Positions 18,276 through 27,905 of a stretch of DNA of 32,000 nt are shown here, piece by piece. A program made the position numbers and the translations under genes. Numbering within the stretch: position 1 is the stretch's first letter; each line of letters begins with the position of its first letter. Origin of the DNA: Aliivibrio fischeri ES114 (GTDB lineage: Bacteria; Pseudomonadota; Gammaproteobacteria; Enterobacterales; Vibrionaceae). Under the pieces are notes generated by a model that was given only the letters and a program-made list of their open reading frames with translations, was not told where the DNA came from and ran no database searches. The stretch lies in the NCBI RefSeq assembly GCF_000011805.1, contig NC_006840.2. The stretch is one strand, 5' to 3'.

Positions 18276-18759
18276 TTTGTCTTTAAGTAGTGGATTGGCG
18301 TTATTTATCGCATTATTAAATGATATGTTTTTTGCCATGATCCCTGCGGTTGGTTTTGCCTTGGTATTTAACGTGCCTGTTAAAGCATTAAAATATTGTG
18401 CGATCGGTGGTGCGATTGGGCATGGTAGTCGTTTTTTATTATTACACTTTGGTGTGCCGTTGGAGTGGGCAACACTATGTGCAGCCACAACCGTCGGTAT
18501 GATTGGTGTTCATTGGTCACACCGATTTTTAGCGCACCCAAAAGTATTTACAGTTGCAGCATTAATTCCAATGGTACCCGGTGTTTTTGCTTTTAAAGCC
18601 ATGATTGCTGTTGTTGAAATTAATCACCTTGGGTATTCCCCTGAATTATGGGCAATGATGATTGATAATTTAATTAAGACCTTATTTACGGTTGCCGCAT
18701 TGGCAATTGGCCTTGCTATGCCCGGGTTACTGTTTTACCGTAGAAAGTCGATTGTTTAA
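18268..18759 (+). CDS. ThrE-family exporter subunit, YjjB-like (DUF3815-type membrane protein)
   Basis: 163-aa four-to-five-TM protein. Its ATG lies within ATGGATAG, overlapping the upstream stop (translational coupling). The size and pairing match the E. coli yjjP-yjjB arrangement. Confidence 0.8.
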   Translation: MDSLSLSSGLALFIALLNDMFFAMIPAVGFALVFNVPVKALKYCAIGGAIGHGSRFLLLHFGVPLEWATLCAATTVGMIGVHWSHRFLAHPKVFTVAALIPMVPGVFAFKAMIAVVEINHLGYSPELWAMMIDNLIKTLFTVAALAIGLAMPGLLFYRRKSIV

Positions 18760-18781
18760 GTATAGTGATTAAGGAATAACT

Positions 18782-19261
18782 GTGAAAATTAGCATGATAG
18801 CCGCAATGGCAAAGAATCGTATTATTGGTATTGATAATCAGATGCCATGGCATTTACCCGCTGATTTCGCTTGGTTTAAAAAATGCACTATGGGTAAACC
18901 TATTGTCATGGGGCGTAAGACTTATGAATCTATTGGTCGTCCATTACCGGGCCGATTGAATATCGTATTAAGCCGTGATGCTAATTTACAAATAGACGGA
19001 GTGACTTGTGTTACTTCGATTGAAGAAGCGAAACAAGCTGCAGGTGATATTGAAGAACTTATGATTATTGGTGGTGGCTCAATTTACCAAGCGTGTCTTT
19101 CTGATGCAGATAAGTTATACCTGACTTTTATTGATGCTGACATCAATGGCGATACTCAATTCCCTGATTGGGGTGAGGGTTGGAATCAGACTCATTCTGA
19201 AACGTATTCGAAAGATGAAAAGAATCAGTATGATATGGAGTTTGTGGTTCTTGAGAGATAA
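18782..19261 (+). CDS. folA: Dihydrofolate reductase
   Basis: [57 protein letters not shown] compares with E. coli [57 protein letters not shown]. The start is GTG 18782, with AAGGAA 5 nt upstream. 159 aa. Confidence 0.95.
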   Translation: [159 protein letters not shown]

Positions 19262-19515
19262 GAGCAGGACGAACTTCGTTCTAAAGGGCGCTTCGCTTAA
19301 GGAGGCTGCGCCCTGAGGAATAAAAGCAAAGAGAAAAACGGAATACAGATTACTATCCTTGCAGGGTTCAGGTTTACTCACTTTTGATTTTCCTGAAACC
19401 TGAAATCTCGCTCTTTGTTCTTATAGTTTCTAGCTAGCGAAGCGTATAGCTCCTAGTTTCTACTCTTCCTCGTCCCTCGAGCGTAGCGTCCTCGTTTTTC
19501 GTTTCTTTCTTTTCG
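19262..19515. repeat. Non-coding nested-palindrome element (REP/MITE-like) filling the folA/apaH convergent gap
   Basis: Four mirrored, correctly nested inverted-repeat pairs plus internal direct repeats (coordinates in findings). Neither overlapping ORF has a credible coding signal. Confidence 0.55.
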
Positions 19516-20331
19516 TTACTGTTCTATCGCCTTCTGCGTAAAATACTTCCCATCATCAACACGATACATCGTCATATATTCCCCCCATACACAGCCTGTA
19601 TCGAGTGCTATTACGTTATTTCCGTCATGACCCATCAATGCCGCCCAATGACCAAAAATCACTTTGTGAGAAAGGGGAAGACGATTTTCTAACTCAAACC
19701 AAGGTACGAGCTCATCACTATTAATATCTTGAGGAGGTAGCTTGCATTCCATATCCAAGCGTCCATCTAAGTGGCAAAAACGCATGCGAGTAAAGGCATT
19801 AATGATATAGCGATAACGATCTATGCCAGATAATGTGACATCCCATGTATCAGGGTAGTTTTCATACATGTTTTCTAATAGCAAAACCCATTTATCAGAG
19901 AGTAATACAGATTCAACTTCACGGGCGCAGTCTATTGCTGTAGCCATATTCCATTGAGGTGAAATGCCTGCGTGAGTCATTACGATGTCATATTCAGAAT
20001 GAACAGCTAGTAATGGTTGATGGCGTAACCAAGTAAGCAGTTCTTCACTGTCTGGCGCGGTGAAAATAGGAGCGGTTTTATCTTTTTCTTTAACGCGAGA
20101 AATGCCTTGAGATACTGCAAGTAGGTGGAGATCATGGTTACCCAGGATAGTGACGGCAGCGTTACCTAATGATTTTACAAAGCGCAAGGTCTCTAATGAT
20201 TTAGGTCCTCTTGCAACTAAATCTCCAGTTAACCAAAGTTGATCTTTTTCTCGATTAAACTCAACGCGTTCTAATAATAAAAGCAGTTCATCTAAACAGC
20301 CTTGAATATCACCAACGAAGTAAGTTGCCAT
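19516..20331 (-). CDS. apaH: Bis(5'-nucleosyl)-tetraphosphatase, symmetrical (Ap4A hydrolase)
   Basis: MATYFVGDIQGC...GDLVARGP...GNHD...are the metallophosphatase motifs. 271 aa, with the conserved position next to folA and rsmA. Confidence 0.94.
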   Translation of the reverse strand: MATYFVGDIQGCLDELLLLLERVEFNREKDQLWLTGDLVARGPKSLETLRFVKSLGNAAVTILGNHDLHLLAVSQGISRVKEKDKTAPIFTAPDSEELLTWLRHQPLLAVHSEYDIVMTHAGISPQWNMATAIDCAREVESVLLSDKWVLLLENMYENYPDTWDVTLSGIDRYRYIINAFTRMRFCHLDGRLDMECKLPPQDINSDELVPWFELENRLPLSHKVIFGHWAALMGHDGNNVIALDTGCVWGEYMTMYRVDDGKYFTQKAIEQ

Positions 20332-20355
20332 ACCATTCTCTCAAAATATGATAAA

Positions 20356-20383
20356 TATAAAAAAGGTGACCATAAGGTCACCT
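20356..20383 (-). terminator. Canonical rho-independent terminator hairpin between rsmA and apaH
   Basis: On the minus strand: AGGTGACC-ttat-GGTCACCT (20383-20364) followed by TTTTTATATTTA. It lies 20 nt after the rsmA stop and 32 nt before the apaH ATG. Confidence 0.7.
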
Positions 20384-20403
20384 CAATTGAAATCAGTTAA
20401 TGC

Positions 20404-21222
20404 TTACTCTGCACTATGATTTGCATCTAACCAGTTCGCCATATTAACAAACTGCTCTAATGTTAGGTTTTCAGGGCGCATAGAAGGATTAATACCTAAT
20501 TCTTCCAACTGCTCTTTAGTGAGCAATGCTTTATAACAGTTACGGACTGTCTTACGACGTTGGTTAAAACCTTCACGACATACACGGTCTAGCCATTTTA
20601 AGTTTGTTGCTGGGTAAGGCAGCGTTTCGTAAGGAACAAGACGAACAACCGCAGAATCAACCTTCGGTGGCGGAACAAATGCTGTTGGTGGCACTTCTAG
20701 TACAGGCATAACCTTACAGAAGTATTGAGCCATAACCGTTAAACGACCATATGCTTTTGTACCAGGACCAGCAGCTAGACGATTAACCACTTCTTTTTGT
20801 AGCATAAAGTGCATGTCTTGTACGTCTTTATGGAATTCAAAAAGGTGGAACATTAACGGCGTAGAAATATTGTATGGTAGGTTACCAAAAATACGCAGTT
20901 TATTGTTTTCTTTGATTAGCTGAGTGAAGTCAAAGCGCATTGCATCGCCTTCATGAATTGTTAGCTTACTGCCCAATTCAGGGTGGTTACGTAAACGTTC
21001 AGCTAAGTCACGGTCAAGTTCAATAACCGTAAATTTATCTACTTCACGTCCAACCGGCTCAGTGATAGCACCAAGACCTGGACCAATTTCTACAAGGTTT
21101 TGGCCTGGTAGAGGGTTGATTGCAGATACGATTCCATCGATCACATAAGGGTCATTTAAGAAGTTTTGACCAAAGCGTTTTCTTGCTTTATGGCCTAAAT
21201 GGACATCATTTCTTGTACTCAT
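20404..21222 (-). CDS. rsmA: 16S rRNA (adenine1518/1519-N6)-dimethyltransferase
   Basis: [18 protein letters not shown] and [14 protein letters not shown] form the SAM-binding motif. 272 aa. The ATG overlaps the pdxA stop (ATGA). Confidence 0.95.
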   Translation of the reverse strand: MSTRNDVHLGHKARKRFGQNFLNDPYVIDGIVSAINPLPGQNLVEIGPGLGAITEPVGREVDKFTVIELDRDLAERLRNHPELGSKLTIHEGDAMRFDFTQLIKENNKLRIFGNLPYNISTPLMFHLFEFHKDVQDMHFMLQKEVVNRLAAGPGTKAYGRLTVMAQYFCKVMPVLEVPPTAFVPPPKVDSAVVRLVPYETLPYPATNLKWLDRVCREGFNQRRKTVRNCYKALLTKEQLEELGINPSMRPENLTLEQFVNMANWLDANHSAE

Positions 21223-22208
21223 TTATTTTCTACCAGTTCTATTGCATGGGTAAGTGCGGTAATAAAGCTTCCTGCATCTGCTTTTCCAGTACCTGCTAAT
21301 TCCAATGCAGTACCATGGTCTACGGACGTACGGATAAACGGTAAACCTAACGTGATGTTTACGGATTTTCCGAAGCCTTTAAATTTTAGCACAGGAAGAC
21401 CTTGATCGTGATACATAGCCAGTACCGCGTCTGCTTCTTGTAAGTATTTATCTTGAAATAACGTATCAGCAGGTAATGGACCGATTAAGTTCATTCCTTC
21501 TTGCTCACGTAATTCATTTAATGCTGGTGCTATGATATCAATTTCTTCGCGACCAAGACAGCCATCTTCGCCTGCGTGAGGATTTAATCCGCAAACAAAA
21601 ATAGATGGGTTAGCAATTCCAAACTTGGTTATTAAATCTTGGTGCAAAATACGGGTAACTTGCTTTAAGCGATCCGCTGTAATTGCTTTTGATACATATG
21701 CGAGTGGGATGTGAGTCGTTACTAATGCAACTCTTAGCCCTTCAGTCGCAAGCATCATCACAACTTGTTGTGTATTTGATTGTTCAGCAAAAAATTCAGT
21801 ATGGCCACTAAAAGCGACACCTGCTCGGTTGATTACCCCTTTGTGCACAGGGCCTGTGACGACGGCATCAAATTCACCATCCATATTACCTTGTGCAGCA
21901 CGACGCAATGTTTCAAGAACATAGTGCCCATTTGCTTCATTTAATTCACCGGCAATAACGCTAGAGCCTAACTCGATATCTTCTACGAGTAGTGTGCCCG
22001 CTTTATGACTAGTCGCTGCTAATTGAGCGTTATAATCTTCAATTTGGATTTGAATACCAAGTTGCGCAGCTCTTTCTGCTAAAACTTGTTTGCTACCACA
22101 AATGACAAGTTGATGAGGCCAGTCTTGTTGAGCAATAGCAATAACAAGATCTGGGCCAATACCCGATGGTTCGCCGGGAGTGATCGCAATGCGTTTAATA
22201 TTATTCAT
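21219..22208 (-). CDS. pdxA: 4-hydroxythreonine-4-phosphate dehydrogenase
   Basis: [31 protein letters not shown] parallels E. coli [31 protein letters not shown]. Starting at ATG 22208 gives 329 aa, the E. coli length, and overlaps the surA stop by 8 nt. Upstream in-frame ATGs (22214, 22223, 22292) lie inside surA. Confidence 0.9.
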   Translation of the reverse strand: MNNIKRIAITPGEPSGIGPDLVIAIAQQDWPHQLVICGSKQVLAERAAQLGIQIQIEDYNAQLAATSHKAGTLLVEDIELGSSVIAGELNEANGHYVLETLRRAAQGNMDGEFDAVVTGPVHKGVINRAGVAFSGHTEFFAEQSNTQQVVMMLATEGLRVALVTTHIPLAYVSKAITADRLKQVTRILHQDLITKFGIANPSIFVCGLNPHAGEDGCLGREEIDIIAPALNELREQEGMNLIGPLPADTLFQDKYLQEADAVLAMYHDQGLPVLKFKGFGKSVNITLGLPFIRTSVDHGTALELAGTGKADAGSFITALTHAIELVENK

Positions 22209-23514
22209 TGTCATCTTCACCATCGTCGTCCTGTAAGATTTCAACATAAGCACTTGCACGGATTTCTTGTAGCCATGCACCAGCTTCTTCATTAAATTTA
22301 CGGTTAAGAAGAATTCGGTATGCTTTGTTTTTCATCGCAGCATCAGTTCTATCAACTTGGCGACGCTCTAATACTTCAGCAATATGCCAGCCGTGAACCG
22401 TTTTAAATGGTGCGCTAATTTGACCTACAGGTAGAGTTTCAACTTGGTGTTTAAATTCTGGTACGTATAAATCCGGAGTTTGGAAACCTAGTTCACCATC
22501 ATTTGCAGCAGAGCCTGGGTCTTGGCTATAACGTTGTGCCATATCTGCAAAGGTTTCTTTACCTGATTTAATATCATCGATGATCGTATTTAATAGACGC
22601 TGTGCACCTTCATCACTCATGATTACTGAAGTTTTTATTAGAATATGACGCGCATTTACTTCTGTTACAGCAACCGTTTCAAGTCCCTTCACATCATCAA
22701 TTTTTAATATATGGAAACCAACGCCTGAACGGAATGGACCAATAATACTGTTTTTACCTTGGCCGGTAATTTGGTCTGCAAAGATAGTTGGCATTTCTTC
22801 TTTACGCATCCAACCCCAATCACCACCTTGTAGAGCTTTTGGACCTTTCGAGTAGGTGTAAGCCATTGTCGCAAAATCAGCACCTTGCTTTAATCGCTCT
22901 GTAAGATCTTCAGCTTGTTTTTCTAATGCTTCTTTATCTGCTTGAGTTGCACCATCTTCAACTCTTAGCTGGATATGGCTGATTTTGTATTGAACTGTTG
23001 CTTGAGTTTCTTCTGCAAGTAGCTGAGCAAGACTCTCTACTTCTTGAGGAAGAATATTAATACGGCGACGTACTTGAGCATTACGAGCTTCACTTGCTGC
23101 TATTTCTTTACGAATTTGTTCGCGGAAATTGGCATAAGGAAGTCCTTGAGCTGCTGTTTTTTGTTGTAGCTGCGCTAAGGTCATGTTGTTTTCTTTTGCG
23201 ATATCATTCAATGCAGCTTCAAGGCGAGTATCATCAATACGAATACCCATTTTTTCAGCTTGCTGGCTTTGAATCGTATCAACAATGAGTTTCTCTAGTA
23301 CTTGTTCACGAAGTACTGCTTCATCAGGAAGAGGTTGCCCCTTTTCTTGTGCGTTAATTTTTACTGTTTTTAATGAGGTATCAATGTCGCTTTGTAGTAC
23401 AACTCCCTCATCAACGATCGCAACAACACGATCAAGCTCAACAGGAGCAGCATGCACATTGATGGTTAGCAGCAATAAAAGTGTGCTAATCAGTGGGAAT
23501 TTCCAGTTTTTCAT
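22201..23514 (-). CDS. surA: Periplasmic chaperone / peptidyl-prolyl isomerase SurA
   Basis: Signal peptide [24 protein letters not shown], then [19 protein letters not shown] (SurA N-domain) and two parvulin-like regions (ISHIQLRV.., [13 protein letters not shown]). ATG 23514 is preferred over TTG 23526. Confidence 0.93.
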   Translation of the reverse strand: MKNWKFPLISTLLLLLTINVHAAPVELDRVVAIVDEGVVLQSDIDTSLKTVKINAQEKGQPLPDEAVLREQVLEKLIVDTIQSQQAEKMGIRIDDTRLEAALNDIAKENNMTLAQLQQKTAAQGLPYANFREQIRKEIAASEARNAQVRRRINILPQEVESLAQLLAEETQATVQYKISHIQLRVEDGATQADKEALEKQAEDLTERLKQGADFATMAYTYSKGPKALQGGDWGWMRKEEMPTIFADQITGQGKNSIIGPFRSGVGFHILKIDDVKGLETVAVTEVNARHILIKTSVIMSDEGAQRLLNTIIDDIKSGKETFADMAQRYSQDPGSAANDGELGFQTPDLYVPEFKHQVETLPVGQISAPFKTVHGWHIAEVLERRQVDRTDAAMKNKAYRILLNRKFNEEAGAWLQEIRASAYVEILQDDDGEDDNE

Positions 23515-23537
23515 AGTGTCATCCAAGAGTAAGGAGA

Positions 23538-23567
23538 ATGAAGAGCCTTAGAGTGTTGGCTCTTCAT
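23538..23567 (-). other. Stem-loop between lptD and surA
   Basis: ATGAAGAGCC (23538-23547) pairs with GGCTCTTCAT (23558-23567), a 10-bp perfect stem with a 10-nt loop. No strong U-run follows on the minus strand. Confidence 0.5.
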
Positions 23568-23581
23568 GTATTTCCATATAA

Positions 23582-25942
23582 TTAATTATTTAGGTAGAAC
23601 GGGCGACCGTAGTCTAAGGCGTTATTCGCAGAGCCAGATGTAATTCCCGTATTGTTACCTAAGCCACGAATAGCAATAGAAAGCATTAAGTTACTTTCAT
23701 ATTCAGGTTCATAAGTTCCAATGGTTTTTGCAGATTCTGGTGCAATTAATTGGTCGCTGTAAGTTAATCCAAATGACCAACAGTCACTAAGGTAAGTAAC
23801 ACCTACTAACGCTTCAATCATTTGGTCTTCTTTTGTATCGTGGAAATATTGACCTTTAAGAGCCCAATTTCTTCCTAGATTATATTCGCTTAAAAGACCA
23901 GCTTGATAGATACCGTGCTGTGTAATGAGACTCAGGTCATCTTCAAAGTTTACGTTACTTTCAATGTAGTTTTTACTCACATAGCGATAGTTTGCTTGGA
24001 TATAACCCTTTGAAAAGCGATATTCAAGTGTGCTATTAGCGACTTGAAGTTCACTTACATTTGAGTCGTATTGAATACCACCATGATAGAAGAGGTAATC
24101 ATCATAGTTAAAATCACTTTCCATTGCCCATGCGGATGAGTTTTTATCATCATTATTTTGCTCTGTACCTGAACCATTCAAGTACAGTATTTGACCAAAA
24201 GAAATATTCATTCTTTCTTTATACGCATCATCATAGAAACGAGAGGTTGCACCAACACTAAATTGATTCGCATCAGCAATATAGTCCACGCCACTGTACT
24301 GACGATCTCTAAATAAACCATAATAATCTAGTTGTAATTTACTGCTGTCGTAACCACCGTCACCAGTACCACCATAAATATTACTTTGATCCACTTCGGG
24401 TACATAGAGGTACTGTATTTTGGGTTCTAAAGTTTGTAAGTACTCACCTAAGAATTTATGCGTACTATCTAAATAAATAGCCCCGTTAATACGAACTTCA
24501 GGAATAGTTCTGCTAACTTCATGATCTAAGTTTAAAGAACCATTAGGTCCAACTGGTTGCTTATCAAAATCTTGTTGATAATAAGTATAAAGTAAACTTG
24601 TTTCAGGTATTAAAGACCACCAAGTTCCACTTAAAGGTAAACTCAATTTAGGTTCTAAATGAACTCGGGTGGCAGAAGGTTTAGCTTTATCATCAGTAGT
24701 AAACTTACTAATGTGACTATGTAAATTAAAATCAAACTCGCTATAGAATTGAGGAGCGTAATAGTTAAACTCAATTTGCGGCATTAATCGGTATGGTGTT
24801 TGTTCTTCAACCAGTACTTGGAAGTCACGAACACGCATGGTCATATCCCAATCTTGGCTACGATAGGAAACTTCACCTGACTGTTGTAGTTGGCCTTCAT
24901 CACGAGTACCAATACTTGAATTGAGGTCTTGGAAGTAATCAATATCACTTACTTTTGAATACTCAACATCAAATTTCCAGTGTTGTTGATAAATACCAGA
25001 ATGATCCCAGCTAACACCCCAACGAGAACCTTTATCTTTGAATTTATCATCTTCATTTAAGTATTCAGCATCAACAGTACCTTTACCTAACTCAGTTAAG
25101 TATCGGAATTCAGTTTCCAATTGAGTACCGCGTCTTTCCATATAGTTAATGGTCGTGGTTGCATCGTAATTTGGTGCAATATTCCAGTAAATAGGGACCG
25201 AAAGTTCAAAACCATTTTTACTATCAAGACCAATGCTAGGGATCAATACACCGGTTTTACGAGTATCGCCAACCGGTACCGTAACATAAGGTAAGTAGAA
25301 GATAGGTACATCAAGTACTTCAAAACGAGCATTATAGAATGTTGCCCATTCGTCTGATTGGTCTAATTCAATATCACTGGCTTTAAAGCGCCAACTATTA
25401 TCGTCAGCAGGACAGGTTGTAAAAGAGGCGTCTTCTAATTGATAGATTTCTTGACCTGTCTTTAATACGCGTCCAGCTTGTCCACGAATTGGTTGGCACG
25501 ACATTTTATATGCCGTATTCACCATAGTGGTGTCTTCAGTCGATAAGTTAGTGGTTACTTTATCTGAGGTGGTTCTCATCTCCATGCTTGAGTAATCAAC
25601 ATTACCTTCAGCAATTGCGATGTTTTCTTGTTGATGTAAAGTAATGCTATCGGCTTTAATTTCTTGTCGGCCTTTAATAATATGAACATTACCTTTATAA
25701 ACGGCTTTTGAATTGTTGCTCGCTTCAACACTGTCTGCTTGAATTAATACAGGTTGTTGATCTTCTTCCTCTTTTGATTTTTTATCCGGGACTTCACAAG
25801 AGTTAACTGCATCAGTTTGCAGAGGAAAAACAATGCCATTTTCTGGAGATACAGGTTCACTACCATTATCAGCAATGGCAGGAGTGCCGTAAAGAAGGCA
25901 TCCAGTAAATGAGGCAAGTAGGCTACGAGAAGTAAAAGACAT
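23582..25942 (-). CDS. lptD: LPS-assembly outer-membrane protein LptD (Imp/OstA)
   Basis: 786 aa with a signal peptide, an OstA-like N-domain (KADSITLHQQENIAIAEGNVDY) and an aromatic-rich beta-barrel C-domain. It sits in the conserved position upstream of surA and divergent from djlA. Confidence 0.94.
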   Translation of the reverse strand: MSFTSRSLLASFTGCLLYGTPAIADNGSEPVSPENGIVFPLQTDAVNSCEVPDKKSKEEEDQQPVLIQADSVEASNNSKAVYKGNVHIIKGRQEIKADSITLHQQENIAIAEGNVDYSSMEMRTTSDKVTTNLSTEDTTMVNTAYKMSCQPIRGQAGRVLKTGQEIYQLEDASFTTCPADDNSWRFKASDIELDQSDEWATFYNARFEVLDVPIFYLPYVTVPVGDTRKTGVLIPSIGLDSKNGFELSVPIYWNIAPNYDATTTINYMERRGTQLETEFRYLTELGKGTVDAEYLNEDDKFKDKGSRWGVSWDHSGIYQQHWKFDVEYSKVSDIDYFQDLNSSIGTRDEGQLQQSGEVSYRSQDWDMTMRVRDFQVLVEEQTPYRLMPQIEFNYYAPQFYSEFDFNLHSHISKFTTDDKAKPSATRVHLEPKLSLPLSGTWWSLIPETSLLYTYYQQDFDKQPVGPNGSLNLDHEVSRTIPEVRINGAIYLDSTHKFLGEYLQTLEPKIQYLYVPEVDQSNIYGGTGDGGYDSSKLQLDYYGLFRDRQYSGVDYIADANQFSVGATSRFYDDAYKERMNISFGQILYLNGSGTEQNNDDKNSSAWAMESDFNYDDYLFYHGGIQYDSNVSELQVANSTLEYRFSKGYIQANYRYVSKNYIESNVNFEDDLSLITQHGIYQAGLLSEYNLGRNWALKGQYFHDTKEDQMIEALVGVTYLSDCWSFGLTYSDQLIAPESAKTIGTYEPEYESNLMLSIAIRGLGNNTGITSGSANNALDYGRPFYLNN

Positions 25943-26148
25943 CGAGTTAGACGTTCCTGTTTGTTATATTAATCCGCTGATATACTCAAAGATACTAGAC
26001 AGAGTCACTTCTTTATAATAAAGCAAAACCTATGCCCAAACCACCTTAAGATGTCGCGATCATAGATTAATCATTGTAAAGTGTAAGGCTCCATTTGCTC
26101 ATGGTGTGACAGAGTAAAAATAGAAAAATTCATTAATTGGAATATAAA

Positions 26149-27000
26149 ATGCAAATATTCGGCAAAATATTAGGCGGTTTTTTTGGTTTCCTATTTGGCG
26201 GCTTTTTTGGGGCTGCATTAGGAATCTTTATTGGCCATCAGTTTGATAAAGCTAAGCGTATGGCTAATAGTGGATTTACTTTCCAAACTGGCGGAGCATC
26301 TCAAACTCAGAGACAAGCTGAGTTCTTTCATGCAGCGTATGCTGTTATGGGGCATGTAGCGAAAGCTAAAGGTCAAGTAACACGTGAAGAGATTCAATTA
26401 GCATCAATGATGATGGATCGAATGAATCTTTCTGATGAACAAAAACGAGAAGCGCAAGAAGCTTTCCGTGAAGGTAAAGAAAGCGATTTTCCACTACGTG
26501 AAACATTAAGAAATATTCGCTCAATTACTGGCGGCCGTTACGATTTATTGCAGTTCTTTTTAGAATTACAAATTGCAGCAGCGATTGCTGATGGTGATAT
26601 TCATCCTAGTGAGCGTGATGTACTGCATATCGTGGCTGAAGAGCTTGGATTTAGTGCAGAACAACTTGAAAAACGTTTGAGAATGCAAGAAGCGGCATTT
26701 CGTTTCCAACAAGGTGGTGGATTCTCTGGGCACCAAAGTGGTGGCTCACATCAACAAGGGCAATGGCAACAAGCAAGTTCTGCGAGTCAGTTAAAGGATG
26801 CATATAATTTACTTGGTATTAGTGAAGATGCCGATCCTAAAACAATTAAACGTGCTCACCGTAAATTAATGAATGAGCATCACCCTGATAAGCTAGTTGC
26901 AAAAGGTTTACCACCAGAAATGATGAATATGGCCAAAGAGAAAGCACAAGAAATTCAAGCGGCTTACGATTTAATTAAGAAAGAAAAGGGCATTAAATAG
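26149..27000 (+). CDS. djlA: Inner-membrane DnaJ-like co-chaperone DjlA
   Basis: MQIFGKILGGFFGFLFGG..GHQFDKAK compares with E. coli MQYWGKIIG...IGHMFDKA. The C-terminal J-domain is AYNLLGISEDADPKTIKRAHRKLMNEHHPDKLVAKGLPPEMMNMAKEKAQEIQAAYDLIKKEKG. ATG 26149 is preferred over TTG 26137. Confidence 0.94.
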   Translation: MQIFGKILGGFFGFLFGGFFGAALGIFIGHQFDKAKRMANSGFTFQTGGASQTQRQAEFFHAAYAVMGHVAKAKGQVTREEIQLASMMMDRMNLSDEQKREAQEAFREGKESDFPLRETLRNIRSITGGRYDLLQFFLELQIAAAIADGDIHPSERDVLHIVAEELGFSAEQLEKRLRMQEAAFRFQQGGGFSGHQSGGSHQQGQWQQASSASQLKDAYNLLGISEDADPKTIKRAHRKLMNEHHPDKLVAKGLPPEMMNMAKEKAQEIQAAYDLIKKEKGIK

Positions 27001-27017
27001 AGTCATCAAAGAAGTTA

Positions 27018-27040
27018 TATGGGCATGTATTATGCCCATA
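27018..27040. terminator. Hairpin between convergent djlA and the DUF547 gene
   Basis: TATGGGCAT (27018-27026) pairs with ATGCCCATA (27032-27040) around a 5-nt loop. The flanking U-runs are weak on both strands. Confidence 0.45.
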
Positions 27041-27066
27041 GAAAGTACACTTATTTGAAACCAGAT

Positions 27067-27846
27067 TTATTGTTGATTTAATTTCCAGTTATAGTCATAA
27101 CGAATATCGCCTTTGAATGGTTTTAATTCTGGGCGATATTTTTTTAGGTGCTCAAATAGTTGTTGTTGACTACCAAAATCAATAGCAAACCAATCATAAA
27201 TAGAGGAGAGCTGGACATTCTCTTCTTTAATTAAAACCCCTTTATCACTGTTGATGAACTCGGTTGCTGCTTTATCTAGTAATTTATCGCTGTTTCTAGC
27301 GGTAAAGGCTTTAGGTTGTAAATTAGGACAGCCTAAACTTGCGCAATTTACGGCATAGTGAGTTCTAGGATCATTCCAAATCGGTCTTAAAATTCGATGC
27401 TCAATATCATTAAGAGTGAGGGCTTTTCCTGCAACCGTAATAATCTCTTCATCCCAAGGACCAAAGCTGAATAATCCCCCTAACTTGGTAATAGATTCAA
27501 TTGGGTAATCCATTAGGATAAGTTTTACTGTAAGAGCATTGTAAAGGTTAACCCAATAAGCATATTGTTCTGATTTTTTGTACTCTCTTGGGTCTATACG
27601 GCTCATTTGACGTAAATAACTATTGAGCGTTCGTTCATCCGCATCTGTGACGTGAGCATAGTCAAAAAGCGTGAATTCCCCTCTAGTAATAAGGTATTTA
27701 TCTAATGTTTGCTGCCAGTATTGGTGAGATATTGTGGTGGCGTTTTTTTCATTACTTACGTTCCAGTAGCTCCATAATTCAGATTTTGGTGCAGCGAACG
27801 TATTGAATGAGAAAAGCAAAAGTAACGAGGATATAAAGGTTTTCAT
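27067..27846 (-). CDS. Secreted DUF547 domain protein of unknown function
   Basis: Signal peptide MKTFISSLLLLFSFNTFAAP. The central block YWVNLYNALTVKLIL...HYAVNCASLGCPNL is what I recall as the DUF547 signature. AGGAA lies upstream of the ATG. Confidence 0.8.
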   Translation of the reverse strand: MKTFISSLLLLFSFNTFAAPKSELWSYWNVSNEKNATTISHQYWQQTLDKYLITRGEFTLFDYAHVTDADERTLNSYLRQMSRIDPREYKKSEQYAYWVNLYNALTVKLILMDYPIESITKLGGLFSFGPWDEEIITVAGKALTLNDIEHRILRPIWNDPRTHYAVNCASLGCPNLQPKAFTARNSDKLLDKAATEFINSDKGVLIKEENVQLSSIYDWFAIDFGSQQQLFEHLKKYRPELKPFKGDIRYDYNWKLNQQ

Positions 27847-27905
27847 AAAAGGGTTCCTGACTTTTGGTTTAGTTATATGTGATTATAGATGACACTATTT
27901 TATAG

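Noticed and set aside
19115-19381. 88-aa (minus) and 61-aa (plus) ORFs spanning the folA 3' end and the folA/apaH gap
   Set aside because: They overlap each other and folA and run through the palindromic repeat element. No RBS is present. Their openness is best explained by the repeat's composition.
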